A stretch of 37,355 nt of DNA, from positions 535,645 to 572,999 of the forward strand of contig WELA01002258.1 of assembly GCA_009602735.1 (NCBI GenBank), given 5' to 3'. Below, piece after piece: positions 1 to 11,331 of this stretch. Within the stretch, counting starts at the first letter, position 1. The number at the start of each line of letters is the position of its first letter. Source of the DNA: Mesotaenium endlicherianum (lineage: Eukaryota). The position numbers were made by a program, and so were the translations under genes. The notes below the pieces were generated by a model. It worked only from the letters and a program-made list of their open reading frames with translations, searched no databases and had not been told where the DNA came from.

Positions 1-147
1 GGCCACACATCTCGTTTTTGCCCTTCGGGGCCACCTAATGGCCCAGGCCCCCAACAGAGGCAGCCTTTGCTAGCACCAGCTCAGGTAGCAAACTTCCAGG
101 GGCCTTATGGGCCACCCCAGGGGCCTTATGGCCAGCCCCAGCGTTAA
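1..147 (+). CDS. C-terminal end of gag-like ORF of the YR retrotransposon (5' truncated by window edge)
   Basis: Frame 1 reads GHTSRFCPSGPPNGPGPQQRQPLLAPAQVANFQGPYGPPQGPYGQPQR*. GHxxxxC is the second half of a CCHC zinc knuckle, followed by a P/G/Q-rich tail. It lies upstream of and co-oriented with RT. Not in the ORF track because no start codon is in the window. Confidence 0.7.
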   Translation, partial: GHTSRFCPSGPPNGPGPQQRQPLLAPAQVANFQGPYGPPQGPYGQPQR

Positions 148-1011
148 TAGCATTTTTGTTTGGTTATTTGGAGTGTGACTAGTTGGACATTGTTAACCAG
201 GCCTTTGGGCTCCATGGACAATTTAATTTTTTTGGTACGATTATTTTTTGATTATTTTTATTGGCAAAATTGTTGCTGCATTGGTTGGCCACTTAGGCCC
301 CCTGGACATTTGGGTGCACATGCTCACGTTAAGGAGCATAACATTGGACGTGGGTGGGATACCAGGCCTAGGACTCCACAAATATTTGTTTGTAATTATT
401 GTTGCTATTGGCTATGTTTGATTGGTTGGTGACTCGGTCCTTGCTTGTGGTCGTTGCATACATGATGGTGTTTGTTGTAAATATTTTGTGGCCGTTTTGT
501 TGGTTGTATAGTTGCCGTTACGTCAGTTTGCTTGTTGGGCAAAATAGTAGGCGGATGATGCATGTCCCTCTTATCGAGGGACGTACGTCGCACGTATGGA
601 TGTGCGTAAGTGGAAGAAAGCCCCTTCAGGCCTCCTAGGCGCTGACAGATTGCGCACGAATGGAGACCACTCTCATTGAGCTTTGGTTCTCGCNGGGTTC
701 TCGCGGCTGGTTTTTTTTTTGGTTTGTTGGCGTGTCGCCCCTCGCGCATTGGCGCGTTGTATTTGCAAGGCTGCTATAGGCCAGAGGAGTGTCGCCAAAT
801 GGTTTTCAAAGCACAAATTGAATGCACGCGCACTGGCGCAAGTATGCACGAAGGCTCCTGCCAGCCATATAGGCATTGGCAGTGGGAGCATGATTGGGAT
901 CACTCCTATGGAGTTTGGATTGCCGCGTATAGAGGGGCTGCAATGCGATGTCGAAAGGGTGCACAAATGTGCCACACAAGTCGGTCGCCGGTGCATGCAT
1001 AGCGTACCCCG

Positions 1012-3146
1012 ATGTTGCAATTGCGGAGCAGGGTAACGGAGGATGTCAATCAATCGTTGACACGTTCGAGGCATCGTGGCCAAGACCAACCGCGGGTATG
1101 CTATATCGTGTGTTGGGTCATAGGTAATTTCGTGAGCGACGAGAAGGATTTTGAACACGAACTCCAAGTGTACTTGGGGCGGAAGGAAGAATCCGTGCAG
1201 TCGGACGGCACCGCATCGACGGTACCACCGAAAGCAACCGTGGTTGCAGGAAATTTGGGAGCAGATGTTGCCTGGTGGAAGCGTTGGTGTACGTCTTCGT
1301 TAGTCCTCTCTACCATCAAGAGTGGCTACAAGTTGGTGTGGGACACGCATACTGCACCTCGGCATCACCAGCGCAACCATAAAAGTGTGGAGAAACACAT
1401 ACAGTTTGCCGGTGAGTCAGTGGGGGAGCTAGTAGCCTCCGGGGCTGCCAGAGAGTGGACTCTCCCAGGTCTCCCACACTGCATATGCCCCTTGAACGTG
1501 GTCGAGGGCAAGAAGTTACGATTAATTCATGACCTGCGCCACGTGAACAAAGCGTTGAAAAAAGTAAAATTTAAGTATGAGGGGTTGGATAAGTTAGTCG
1601 ATGTCGTGCACGTAGACGACTTCGTGTTTACCATTGACCTCAAGTCTGGCTATCATCACGTCAAGATGCACGAAGATGCCATACGTTCTTGGAGTTTGAG
1701 CTGGATAAGAAGATTTACACTTTCACATGTCTCCCATTCGGACTTGCGATCGCACCTTACGTATTCACACGAGTGGTGAAAGAGATGGTGGGAAGGTGGA
1801 GGCAGATGGGGATACGAGTCATAGCATATCTAGACAATTTTTTGGTGAGCTGTCCCAGTGAGGACGCCCACGCGCGAACAATGCGGCTGGTGTTCGGCGA
1901 ACTTGCACTAGCAGGATTCGTGGTGAATATGCAGAAGGCAGTACTTACGTGTTCAAAAATTACATAGTTCTTGGGCGTTGTGATAGACACTCGTAAACTT
2001 TGGGTGCACATTGGCAAGACGCGCAAGGAAAAGCTCCTGCTAACACTCCTCCACGTTCGAGCTATGGCCCACAGGACCCGTAGCGTGCACATTAGAACGA
2101 TAGCATCTTTAGCAGGCCAGCTAATTTCCATGAAGGTGGCTTTTGGGGGCACCGCGGGCATGTACACACGCCATATGTACACTGTTATCAACCAGGGGTT
2201 TACTTGGGATGACATGGTCCCCATGACGGAAGGGCTGCTCCACGAGCTTGCGTTTTGGGAGGAGCACTTTGATAAGTTCAATGGTGCTCCCATTCGGGCC
2301 ACCATGGCCCCTGATTTTGTCATGCACACCGACGCTAGCGTGACCACATGGGGCGCAGTACTGAGATCGGTGGCCTCAGGGCAGACGTGGGAATTGCTGG
2401 GCCCACTCCCCGCTGCTAGCATCGGGGGATCGTCAACATTAAGGGAGATACTTGCTGCGAAGGCAACGTTGGATAAAGCCATCCACGTGATAGGCGGGCG
2501 ACAAGTGCTCTTGCGCGTCGACAGCCAAGCAATGTATTATGTTTTGAGGAAAGGCGGCTCGTCTAAGGCAGATTTAGCAGATGCTTGTGCTCAAGTATTT
2601 GGTATTAGTCTTAGACACCAGCTCAACTTGTTCGTAGAGTGGATTCCTAGGGAATTGAATGCAGTGGCAGACGAGCTCTCTAAGCGGAAAGACTTGGACG
2701 ATTTTTTCCTACGACCGGAGGCTTTTCAAAGACTAGAGGCAGAATGGGGGCCGCATTCGATCGATAGATTTGCCACAGCAAGCAACACGCGCTTGTTGAA
2801 GTTCAACTCTAGGTGGCTAGAGGTGGGCGCTGAGGCCATAAATGCCCTCACCGAGCACTGGGCAGGTGAAAACAACTATTGTTTTCCACCACCTCAGATG
2901 GTCGCTCCAGTAGTCGACCACGTGCTGCAATGCAAGGCCAACTGCACGCTAGTGATACTCCAGTGGCAGTCAGCCAGCTGGTGGCCGCGGTTGCTAGATA
3001 GCGATGCGAAGTGGATAGATTGTGTGCAGGCGAGCATTCCGCTAGGCTATAGCTCCTCGATTTTGTTGCCAGGCACAGACGAGGCTGCGTTTGGGGGCAA
3101 GGGCATCCCTCTGTGCATGGTGCTAGCCTTACGCCTGGGTGTATGA
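1012..3146 (+). pseudogene. DIRS-type pol: reverse transcriptase, RNase H and adenine-methyltransferase-like domain
   Basis: RT motifs KLRLIHDLRHVN, TIDLKSGYHHV, LPFGLAIAPYVF and IAYLDN (YLDD with D->N). RNase H motifs HTDAS, REILA, VDSQ, WIPRELNAVADELSK. MT-like motifs WGPHSIDRFA and ENNYCFPPP. Frameshift near 1682 and in-frame TAG at 1965-1967. True start uncertain. Confidence 0.92.
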
Positions 3147-3193
3147 GGTGTTGAGCAGAATATCAATTTTTCAAAAATCCGGCCTTACAAGCC

Positions 3194-4193
3194 TTGGAAG
3201 CCACGAGCGTGGACGTGTTGCTCCACACTATCGCGCCTACCAGTCTGCGTACCTACAACACTTACTGGATGCGTTTTCAACGGTGGTGCGAAATGCATAA
3301 GCTGCAGGATCTTCCGGCGTCGGTCGAGGTGATCAGGCTCTACTGCTTGTATCTCATCCAGGAGCGTGTCACCTGGTCTACATACCATTTGTCATCGGCT
3401 GCAATCTTTTGTGTGCATCGACTAGCGGAGCTACCTAGCCCCACATTGCACGACAGAATCAGAACCCTTAGAAAAGCAGCGCAAAGGTTGCTGCCCAGAC
3501 CCAAGCACACCATGATGCCGGTCGCACCATGCACCCTCACTGCGATTTTTGAAAAGCACGCAGGGCCAGGTGCCACCGCCGCATCGCTCATGAAGGTGGC
3601 CGCGATGATGCTCATGTATAGTGCTTGTCTGCGATACTCAGATCTGGCCAAAACCAGAATTCAGGACCTCGACATCACGGGTGGTCCAAACATCACAGCC
3701 ATTTACTTGCACCTCCCGTCCTCCAAGACGGACCAAATTGGTGAGGGCGCATGGGGTGCCCTGCACGCAAGCAACTCCAAGTGGTGCTCGGTCAAAATGT
3801 TTGTGTAGGTTAGTGGCGGAGATACCAGAGTATGCTCTCGATGGACCTCTAATTCGGCATATACAGGCTTCTGGCAGACCTTCTCTTCAGCCCGCCTCAC
3901 ACGCCACTGTGAATAAGTGGTGCAAGGAACTATTCGCATCGGTGGGCCTTACACAGAACATGGGTACGCACTCCTTGCGAAAGGGAGCCGCCACAGCGGC
4001 CGCCAACTTGGGCGTCCCAGATGCCGTAGCCCAAACTATGGGCAGATGGAAATCTGCTCGAGGAAAAGAGCCATACGTGCTTCACCTGCAGCAGTCACTG
4101 GCATCCGCGGCCCGAACCATAGCCATACCTGACGATGCTAGCGATGCTCCCTATGGCCAAGAGCAAATTCTAGCAGCTTTTAGACGCAAGTAG
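3194..4193 (+). pseudogene. Tyrosine recombinase of the DIRS element (one frameshift near 3800)
   Basis: N-terminal core-binding segment APTSLRTYNTYWMRFQRWC, then catalytic motifs LRYSDL (R), SKTDQ (K), HSLRKG (HxxR), GRWKS and EPYV (Y), spread over ORFs 3194-3808 and 3621-4193. Confidence 0.92.
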
Positions 4194-4295
4194 CATTACC
4201 ATGTAGTACGACCCGTAGGGGCCGCTACTTAGATAAGACCAACTTCTACGCTAACCACTAGCCTAGCCTAGAAGTACCTTGTATGCTATTAATAT

Positions 4296-4464
4296 TGCAT
4301 ACTAATACTCCTACTATTCTTTCTAATATCACCTTCTTTTTTTCGAAATCAGGCAAATTGAACACAAATTGTCAATCCTTCATATTGATAATTTGTGTAC
4401 AAATTGTTTGATTTTGAAAGAAAGATAGTGATTCTAGAAAAAATAGTAGGAGTAGTAATATGCA
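4296..4464 (+). repeat. Long imperfect inverted repeat (~80-bp arms, short loop) just 3' of the YR ORF
   Basis: The left arm TGCATACTAATACTCCTACTATTCTTTCTA...AAATCAGGCAAATTGAACACAAATTGTCAAT pairs with the right arm ATTGATAATTTGTGTACAAATTGTTTGATTTT...TAGAAAAAATAGTAGGAGTAGTAATATGCA. Confidence 0.9.
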
Positions 4465-5583
4465 CATCGTACTCGCTTAAAAATTTCACAAGTAACCTGG
4501 CTAGTTCAATCATTGTGAGTTGACTTGCTACCTTAGCAGTATCAGTTTGATTGAGCTGCTTGCAAATGAGCTGTTTGCCACCCAATAAGAACTCGCTAGG
4601 GCCTCCTTGACTCCCCTTCCCTCTTTCGACCATTGTTTGCAAATTTGCCAACACAATAACGTCTCTATTTTGTACGTCCCTGTGATGCGCTAACAAGCGT
4701 TGTTGTATGCGTGACATATGTCGTCGTGCTTAGCTATGCATGCTACTTTCTTGCCTTGCTTTGTGAACGCGCCTAAGTGTAGCAGCTTACGTCCTACTCT
4801 AATGAATGGTGCTTTGCACAAGAAAAACTATAGAGGATTTTGGTGTGTCAAGCTAGAGCGACAATGCGTTTAAACATTGACCATTTTCACGCTTGTCAAA
4901 CTTTGATGAAATATTGCAAACCTTCAATTTGCAAACAGTATGCAATCAAGTAAATTGGGAGGAACTCCAAAGATTCATTGACATGTAATCATTCTTCTTT
5001 GGACATTGAAGCAAGGGCTTTCGTGCACTAAAATTAAGTGAACCCAATTGGAGAATGCTTCGTGTTGCCTTCTGACAAGATCACCTAGCTTTATTTGTTG
5101 AAAAAAGTCTTCAAAACGAGGTGCAAGTGAACCAGAATGAGCATGCGTGCATCATTTGTATTGATATTAACTTGGTTGGAAGCAGGCCAGGTTCTCTTTC
5201 ATCAGAGATAGCAGCTAGAAGGATCAAGCACTTTGACGTTTGAGGGGTCAGAGAAATAAAGTTTCCATGTGTGTCGATTTGAGTGCTGGATGTTGGTAGT
5301 AGTTTCAAATTGTGTAGCAAGCACCCTAACCTATATATTATTATGAATTTGTGTTAGTGTTCAACACTCGAGGCTTTTTCCAACGTATTTAAGAACCTGG
5401 CTAGTATCAAAATGGCCACTGAAGCTTAAGCTTTGCAATAAAAAATACGTAAATTTGGAATAAACATTGTTGCACGGATTAACTTCATCTATGCTATTGC
5501 AATCATCTTTTACATACACTCAACATGCAATTGCCTGGTTTGTTACTGTGCTCCGTAACTCATCTGCTTCATCTCATGCCAAG

Positions 5584-5870
5584 AGTGGAGATCTTGGCAT
5601 CAGAGAGCTGGAGCTGGAGGGTGCAGATGGCCGCCTGCACAAGGACCACACAAAAAATTGTGGGCTCTGCCGCTTGCCCAACTTGGACCTGCAAATGCGT
5701 CTCTGCGACGCCCGGCCGCCCAAGGATTGGGCCTACCAAATATGCCACAGCCCAAGACACAAGGCCAAGATGCTGCTTTGCGACAATTCAACCTTGTCTT
5801 CCACATTGACTGCCTTGACCCACAGCCAATGAAGTGGCCCCAGGCAACTTGTTATGTACTAGTTGTTCTA
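5584..5870 (+). pseudogene. Degenerate PHD finger, probably the integrase C-terminal tail of an old LTR retrotransposon
   Basis: Joining frames gives ELEGADGRLHKDHTKNCGLCRLPNLD..DWAYQICHSPRHKAKMLLCDN/FNLVFHIDCLDPQPMKWP/GNLLCTSC, a C4HC3 pattern with lost cysteines and frameshifts. A purine tract (~5913-5937) and TGTAATC at 5938 follow, a possible PPT and LTR start. Confidence 0.6.
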
Positions 5871-7498
5871 CGCTAGCGCTCGGCAACGATAGCAGCTCAC
5901 CAGCATCTCGCTAAGAGCTGGGGGATAAATAAGAATATGTAATCATTTGCCCTCGTTTTTGGCGAAAAGACCACATGTATTGTATAGATCTAAATGCACC
6001 AGAGCCTGTTGACCAGACTAGCCTTGCCCAATACTAATAATGCACGTCCGACCTCTTGACCTCTTAACGCACGGAAATTGTTGTGATTCATTAGCTTGTG
6101 ATTGATGCACCAACAACACCAAGCTACAAGTGTGTGAAGGTCCATCTAAAATCACCATATTGTATTTGCCTCTTTATATTGGTAAAACAATTTTCTCCAG
6201 AATTGTTATAGAATGTAGAGCATTAAGCCACCTTTTGAACGCGACCGGTCTTGCGTCGTTTGGGGTGAATATTGTGGGAGAATTTCCCATTTTAGTGAAA
6301 GCTACTTACCAACCCTTAGCGTGACCAAGTGTAAACACTCCAAGCACCATGATGCGACTCATCGATTCCAAAGGACACACATTAGAACCCTTTGCGACCC
6401 CAAGAGAGCATTAGAATTGTCACCTAAATCTGCGAGCCCTTGGTAGCTACCTTGCATTTCCACAGCAACAATCCACCAGATTGCTTATAACTTGGTAACT
6501 GCATCACCTACAATTGCAGGAAGCTAATCAAATATACAAATTTACTAGCACGCATTGATCAAGGTAAGATTCGGCCAATCACAAAGCACATATTATATCC
6601 TTGCATCTAGCTTTGATTGGATCAAGTAGTGGCTAGACAATAGACATGATAGTGCACTAACATAAGGCCACACACATTATAGACCTCGTTGCAGCAAAGC
6701 CTGGTTTCGACCAGACTTGCCTTGGCTAATACTACTTGGTGCACAGTGACCTCTTAACACACGACAAACAAATTTGTCAATTGGCTTTATGTAACGTGGC
6801 CAGGTTTGAGTGATTCTTTGAACCCTTGCAGAACATAGCATTGGCGCATGGTGAAGGACATGTAACACATGCATCCCATGCGGGCCAAATTACAGACACC
6901 AAACTTTAGCGTCGAACGTACTTTTTGTCACAATTCTTCAACTTCTGCGCCACTTTCCCGACGCCTTAAGAAGTCCTTGCACTCGCGTGCATTGAAACTT
7001 AATTATGGCCATTGTCTTCTAAGCAGGCCTCTTATTTTTTACGTGCTAACAGTGCATTCTTCTGTGCGAGTCTACATAGTCTTCACATAAATTAAGGTTG
7101 CTTATACGTTATGTACTACTAGGTAGAAAAAGGCCGGTTAAGGGAGAATCTTGGGTGAGAGTGGGTTCCATGGCGTTTCTTTCATCTCCTTTACGTACAA
7201 ACTTTAGTGTTTCTTAATTATATTCTTAACGCTTAGTTTTTGAAGCTTTCTCATAGAGTTCTCCCCTCCTGTGCCGAACAAATAATTTTCTGTAGCCAGC
7301 ACAATCAACTTCTTAGCACAGCATGAGGGGTACGTAGTGTGTGCAATAGACTCTTCATATGTGGCTTCTCTTCCATGGAGTCATACAAATTCAAAAATAA
7401 TATTTGGGGCCAAAAAATTAGGTAAAAAGCGTAAGAGACTCTTATTCACCCGACAGTTAGGGTTTAGAGTGGTGCCAAAGTATACTTAGACTTCTCTC

Positions 7499-8527
7499 AT
7501 GGCTAGAGTGCCTCTGCAGCAACTGTGGTGTTCAGCAATCTTTGGAGGCTAGAAGTTGTGCTTGTGGTAAGTTGTTCACAACTGCCGTGGAGGTCAACCC
7601 CTATGTATGGCTTAAAAACTACCAAAAGCGATAGTTCAAGAGAATAGACGCGGTCCCGCAGAGTAATGTCAGAATACAGGATGTCAATGTGCCACAAGAG
7701 CTATTCCAGGGCTTGTTTGAAAAGTTGGGTAAAGAGGTTGCTCACCATACTTTTAGGAGTGACCCATTTATTTCAAGATCAATAAGGAGGGTGTGCTCGT
7801 CACTGCAGGATATGAATACTCTTTGTGAGTTTTAGCATGTTGAAATAGGGGTTGGGTAGGGTGCTGCTAAAATTTTGCGCGGGTCTGGTGAGATAGTGGG
7901 AATCGTTCCTCCATTTTATATTGATTGGTTGTGTCTTACACAGAAATTCTCCATTGCTCTTTTGAATAGAGGGAGATATGTTCGTCTAGGACCTGATCAG
8001 TGTTATGACAGATTGAAATGGAATGCTCCTCGTGACATAGGTGATTGTAGGAGGCATATATAGTGCTTAGAATGGCATGTTATCCAGAGCAGATGCTAGA
8101 GCATGGGGTGCATGTGAAGGACTACATGTTACAAGCAGGTCTGCGAGCTAAGCATGGTCTACAGCAATTGGAAATAGAGGATCTCCAGAGAGAAAAGGAG
8201 AGGATTGAAAGGGGTGCACTTGAAGCAAAAGCGGCTGAAGCTAAAAGAAGGGCTGCCAGGGACTTAGAAGCAGATGAGAAGAAATTACTTGTGAGTGATG
8301 AGGAGAGGGCAATTGAGAGGGCCAAAATGTGGCAACCTCAACCTCTCTCAGCTGCTAGAGTTGCTAACTTACAAGCGAGGGCAATGATGAATGAAATCCG
8401 GGCTAATGTTGCTGCAAAGTACTCTTTTAAGCCACCTCAAATCTGCTCCTCGTGTATGGAGAGCGAGACAAGGAAGAGAGCAAAAATAGCATCATTGATA
8501 ACAATCAAGCCTCTTTGTATTTTGTAA
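7499..8527 (+). pseudogene. Degenerate gene convergent with the transposase: N-terminal zinc ribbon plus charged coiled-coil
   Basis: ATG at 7499. After a frameshift it reads LCSNCGVQQSLEARSCACGKLF...(one stop)...QDMNTL. Possible intron 7825-7943 (GTGAGT...ACACAG), though the phase is not clean. Then the 154-aa ORF 8063-8527 (E/K/R/A-rich helix, CSSC). An AT-rich spacer 8528-8732 separates the two stop codons. Confidence 0.45.
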
Positions 8528-8732
8528 ATTTCATGTTGTCACATATACCTTTGCATATTGTCTTTGTATATATATGAAACAGCCATGTATACATATGTAA
8601 TATACTTTTAATATGCAATTTGAATATGTACATGTGCAGCATGTAAATACATATGTATGAGCACGTTAATTTAGACTACTGAACATCTCTGCTTATCTTG
8701 CTCCTGTATAAGATATGACTTGCCATACTTAG

Positions 8733-10389
8733 CTACTGCATAGCAGGTTGCACCCTTTTCCTCTTTCGCCGTTCATCTTTGGACAGCGGTACCATACCTG
8801 CTATGGCTCTTCTACATGCCTCCTGCCCTGTACTTTGTGCAAGCCTACCCACTGTGTATCGCCTGCCTAGCTTGTCCACTCCACATTTCCTTCTATTTGT
8901 GTTTGATGTTTTTCTCCAGTGATGTAAAGCCTCAATGCCCTCACCACTAAACTGATCTAAGTCTCTAAGCCTTACTATCATCGTTGGTATGTGTGCTTTC
9001 AAGATGCGCATATACTCCGTATTGTGATGTGCGGCTGCCGCCTTCACATATGCCTCTTCAAACTCTACTGCTAGTTGTTGGACCCTTGCACCTTTTGCTT
9101 CCCTCGCTTCATATGAGTTCGTCTTCGGCAAAGGATCTAGTAGGGCACCCATGCACTCACGATAGCAATTCCATGTCTTCTGTGTGTCTTATTTCAGTGT
9201 AGCATCAGCCGGTAAAGAAAGGAGGTCCTTTGTCACCTCCTCCACCCACTCGATGAGTAGGCGAAACTCTCGACCAATGAAGGTAGGCTTCAGGGTCCTG
9301 TTTCTGATCTGTCTTTGCGTAAGCTGCAACTGTTGTCGTAGACATTGTCACTCCCACCTCCTTCAGTAGTACATCCAAAAAATTCGAAGCTGCATCTGCT
9401 CCCGGCGGAATATGAGAATGAATGTCTCTCTCGTATAGTGTTGAGGTTACTCTCAATAGCAAATGGAGAATGCATGGAACACAATCAGCAGGTTCAATTT
9501 CTAGCAATGGTGCCTTCTTATGACGCTGTCCTTTGTGCACCTTCTGATACTGTAGTTGAGCATGAGTGCTTCTTTCTCAGGTTTGCCTCGTGTTGTCTTC
9601 ATTATGTCGCCCTGCGAGTCTGACACAGTTTTAAAAGTCTTGGCACAGTGTGGATAGGTCATCGGAAGATTGTCATGATCTGCATAGTGAGCTGCAGCTT
9701 GCATCCCAGCCACGATGCGAGGTTGGCCGGCCCCGCATCTCTCCTTGATGTCTTCACTCGTGGCGTAACACCAAAGGCAAGTTTAGTAAGTCCAAAGAGC
9801 CCATTGCTAAACTTATAATTTCTTCCCTGGTAGAACTTAATGATGTACTTCACGCCTCCAACCATCACATTATTCTTCCTTAGTAGCTCCATCTCCTCTA
9901 AAAGTCGCTCGGCATGAGTTGCAATGCTAATGTAGTCATCGTCGCCTTCAAATACCAGGATGGTGCAAATGTTGAATGCAGAATTTGCCGTAAACCTGTT
10001 GTCTTTTGTCAATAGTGTGCATGCCATAGTGGTCTGGTTCACTTTTCGATACCACTCCGAAGCATCTCCTATCAATTGCACTCTCACCACACGGCCCTTT
10101 GGGCACAACAACCCTAGAGTGATGATTCTCTGTCTAACTGCCTTCTCCAATGATAGGGTGACTCTATTTCCGCTATCTTCCTGTCTAGGATCCAGCTTTG
10201 CATACACATCAGCCTTCATATCTGCAATAGATCTTTTTGAAGCCAACTTGGGCAACTCTAGGGAGCAGCTATCTGATACTACGTTGGGATTCCATAGTCC
10301 TGTCTCAGAGTTGTAAGTCTTGGAGAGGAGATTAAGAAGAAGCTGGTATTCCTCCTGCGACAGTCCTAGCTTTAACATAACAGCTAAGC
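8733..10389 (-). pseudogene. RAG1-core/Transib-like DDE transposase, catalytic (3') part; frameshifted
   Basis: Colinear RAG1-like motifs: LGLSQEEYQLL; VQLIGDAS (first D, 10064-10066); ICTILVFEGDDDY; GGVKYIIKFYQGRNYK (second D position, now AAT); CLWC (9768-9779); HKGQRHKKAPLLEIEPADCVPCILHLLLRV; TEYMRILKAHIPTMIVRLRDLDQFSGEGIEALH, comparable to RAG1 [33 protein letters not shown]. Confidence 0.82.
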
Positions 10390-10526
10390 TGTAAGGTCAT
10401 AGGTTTATGAAGTGCATTTTTGAGTTTCATGAAAGTGTGTTTTGTTTGTATAATAGTATAGAGTGCATTTGTGTGGTCATTTTGATATAAAGTTCATCAA
10501 ATTTGGTCAAGCATTGAGAGAGTTAT
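10390..10526 (+). repeat. 5' LTR of element A, first part (before element B)
   Basis: TGTAAGGTCATAGG... matches the start of the 3' LTR at 24361. Confidence 0.95.
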
Positions 10527-11246
10527 TGAAATGAATCGACTTACCAAATAGGCGATTAACAATTAATAAAGATCTTTATATCAGCAACTAATCTTTATGG
10601 GTTTTCCGTTAACTGATTAAACGGCAAAAGGACAACACACTAGCAGTGAACAACACTCGTAAATCAAATGCAGGTAAACTAGCATCAAGAATGCAATCAG
10701 GAAACTCATACATAAGCAAGGTTAGAAGACAGTGCGTGTCAATGGCTTCTCGCCTTGGATTCAGATCTCTCTCAGTAAGCTGTACAAGAGAGTTGGCCTC
10801 GTTTCCAAATGCCGAACTCGAGAGCAATGCCTAGCATATGTACATGGAATGAGTTTACTGTTCAACGGTCAGTGCGATGGCACCGCCTACCCGGGAGTTA
10901 ACCACGTTGGTAGGACCTCGGTTAACCAAATCCACCGCCATCTCCCATCATCCCGAATAGCCATCCATCATAGGGATGTCATCTGGCCATTCATCTAGCA
11001 TACCACACAGAGATGCATATCGAGGCAGTTCGCTGCTACCGAGTACGAAAGTCAGCTAGCTGTCAAAGAATGTGTCAGCAAGCTGACTTAAGGTGACATC
11101 AGCCTGCTACTTCCGGCCGAGTCATTAAACTGATATTAAATATAAAGTCCAGCAGACAGATCACTAACTAAATTCAGCAGGCTAAACTTATTTAATTATA
11201 TTATTTGAATTAAATATTATGTCAACCAATATACTGATTCATTACA
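10527..11246 (-). repeat. 3' LTR of element B (720 bp)
   Basis: TGAAATGAATC...GATTCATTACA (11-bp imperfect terminal inverted repeat); about 95% identical (hand count) to 18413-19133. Confidence 0.97.
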
Positions 11247-11331
11247 ATCCCTCCAAGTTATCATGTTGTCGCCTTGACAACACTAATACTAATAACAGCG
11301 TGCTGTCCCTTTCGTCCCCAGCCTACTGCCT

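Larger units (their letters stand above)
1..4470 (+). mobile_element. DIRS-order tyrosine-recombinase retrotransposon (DIRS/PAT-like), degenerate; both boundaries uncertain
   Basis: Order is gag knuckle - RT/RNase H/methyltransferase-like - tyrosine recombinase, with no protease or DDE integrase. The 5' end is outside the window and the 3' end is approximate. Confidence 0.9.

Noticed and set aside
630..670. Possible hammerhead ribozyme core in the DIRS spacer (CTGACAGA...CGAA)
   Set aside because: It does not match CUGANGA/GAAA and the three stems cannot be built.
1757..2482. 241-aa antisense ORF over the DIRS RT/RNase H, and other antisense ORFs over pol genes
   Set aside because: These are shadows of coding sequence on the opposite strand, with no motifs.
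4349..4717. 122-aa minus-strand ORF after the recombinase
   Set aside because: No recognisable motif and it overlaps the hairpin region; coding status cannot be supported without homologues.
5584..5870. PHD finger as a RAG2-like partner of the RAG1-like transposase
   Set aside because: It is a canonical C4HC3 type with no upstream kelch repeats, is separated from the transposase by another gene, and its context fits a retroelement tail better.
7458..7465. Telo-box TAGGGTTT about 35 nt upstream of the ORF2 ATG
   Set aside because: A single 8-mer is expected about once by chance in a window of this size.
10732..10998. 88-aa ORF present twice (also 18619-18885)
   Set aside because: It is duplicated only because it lies in the paired LTRs; no recognisable domain and a non-ATG start.
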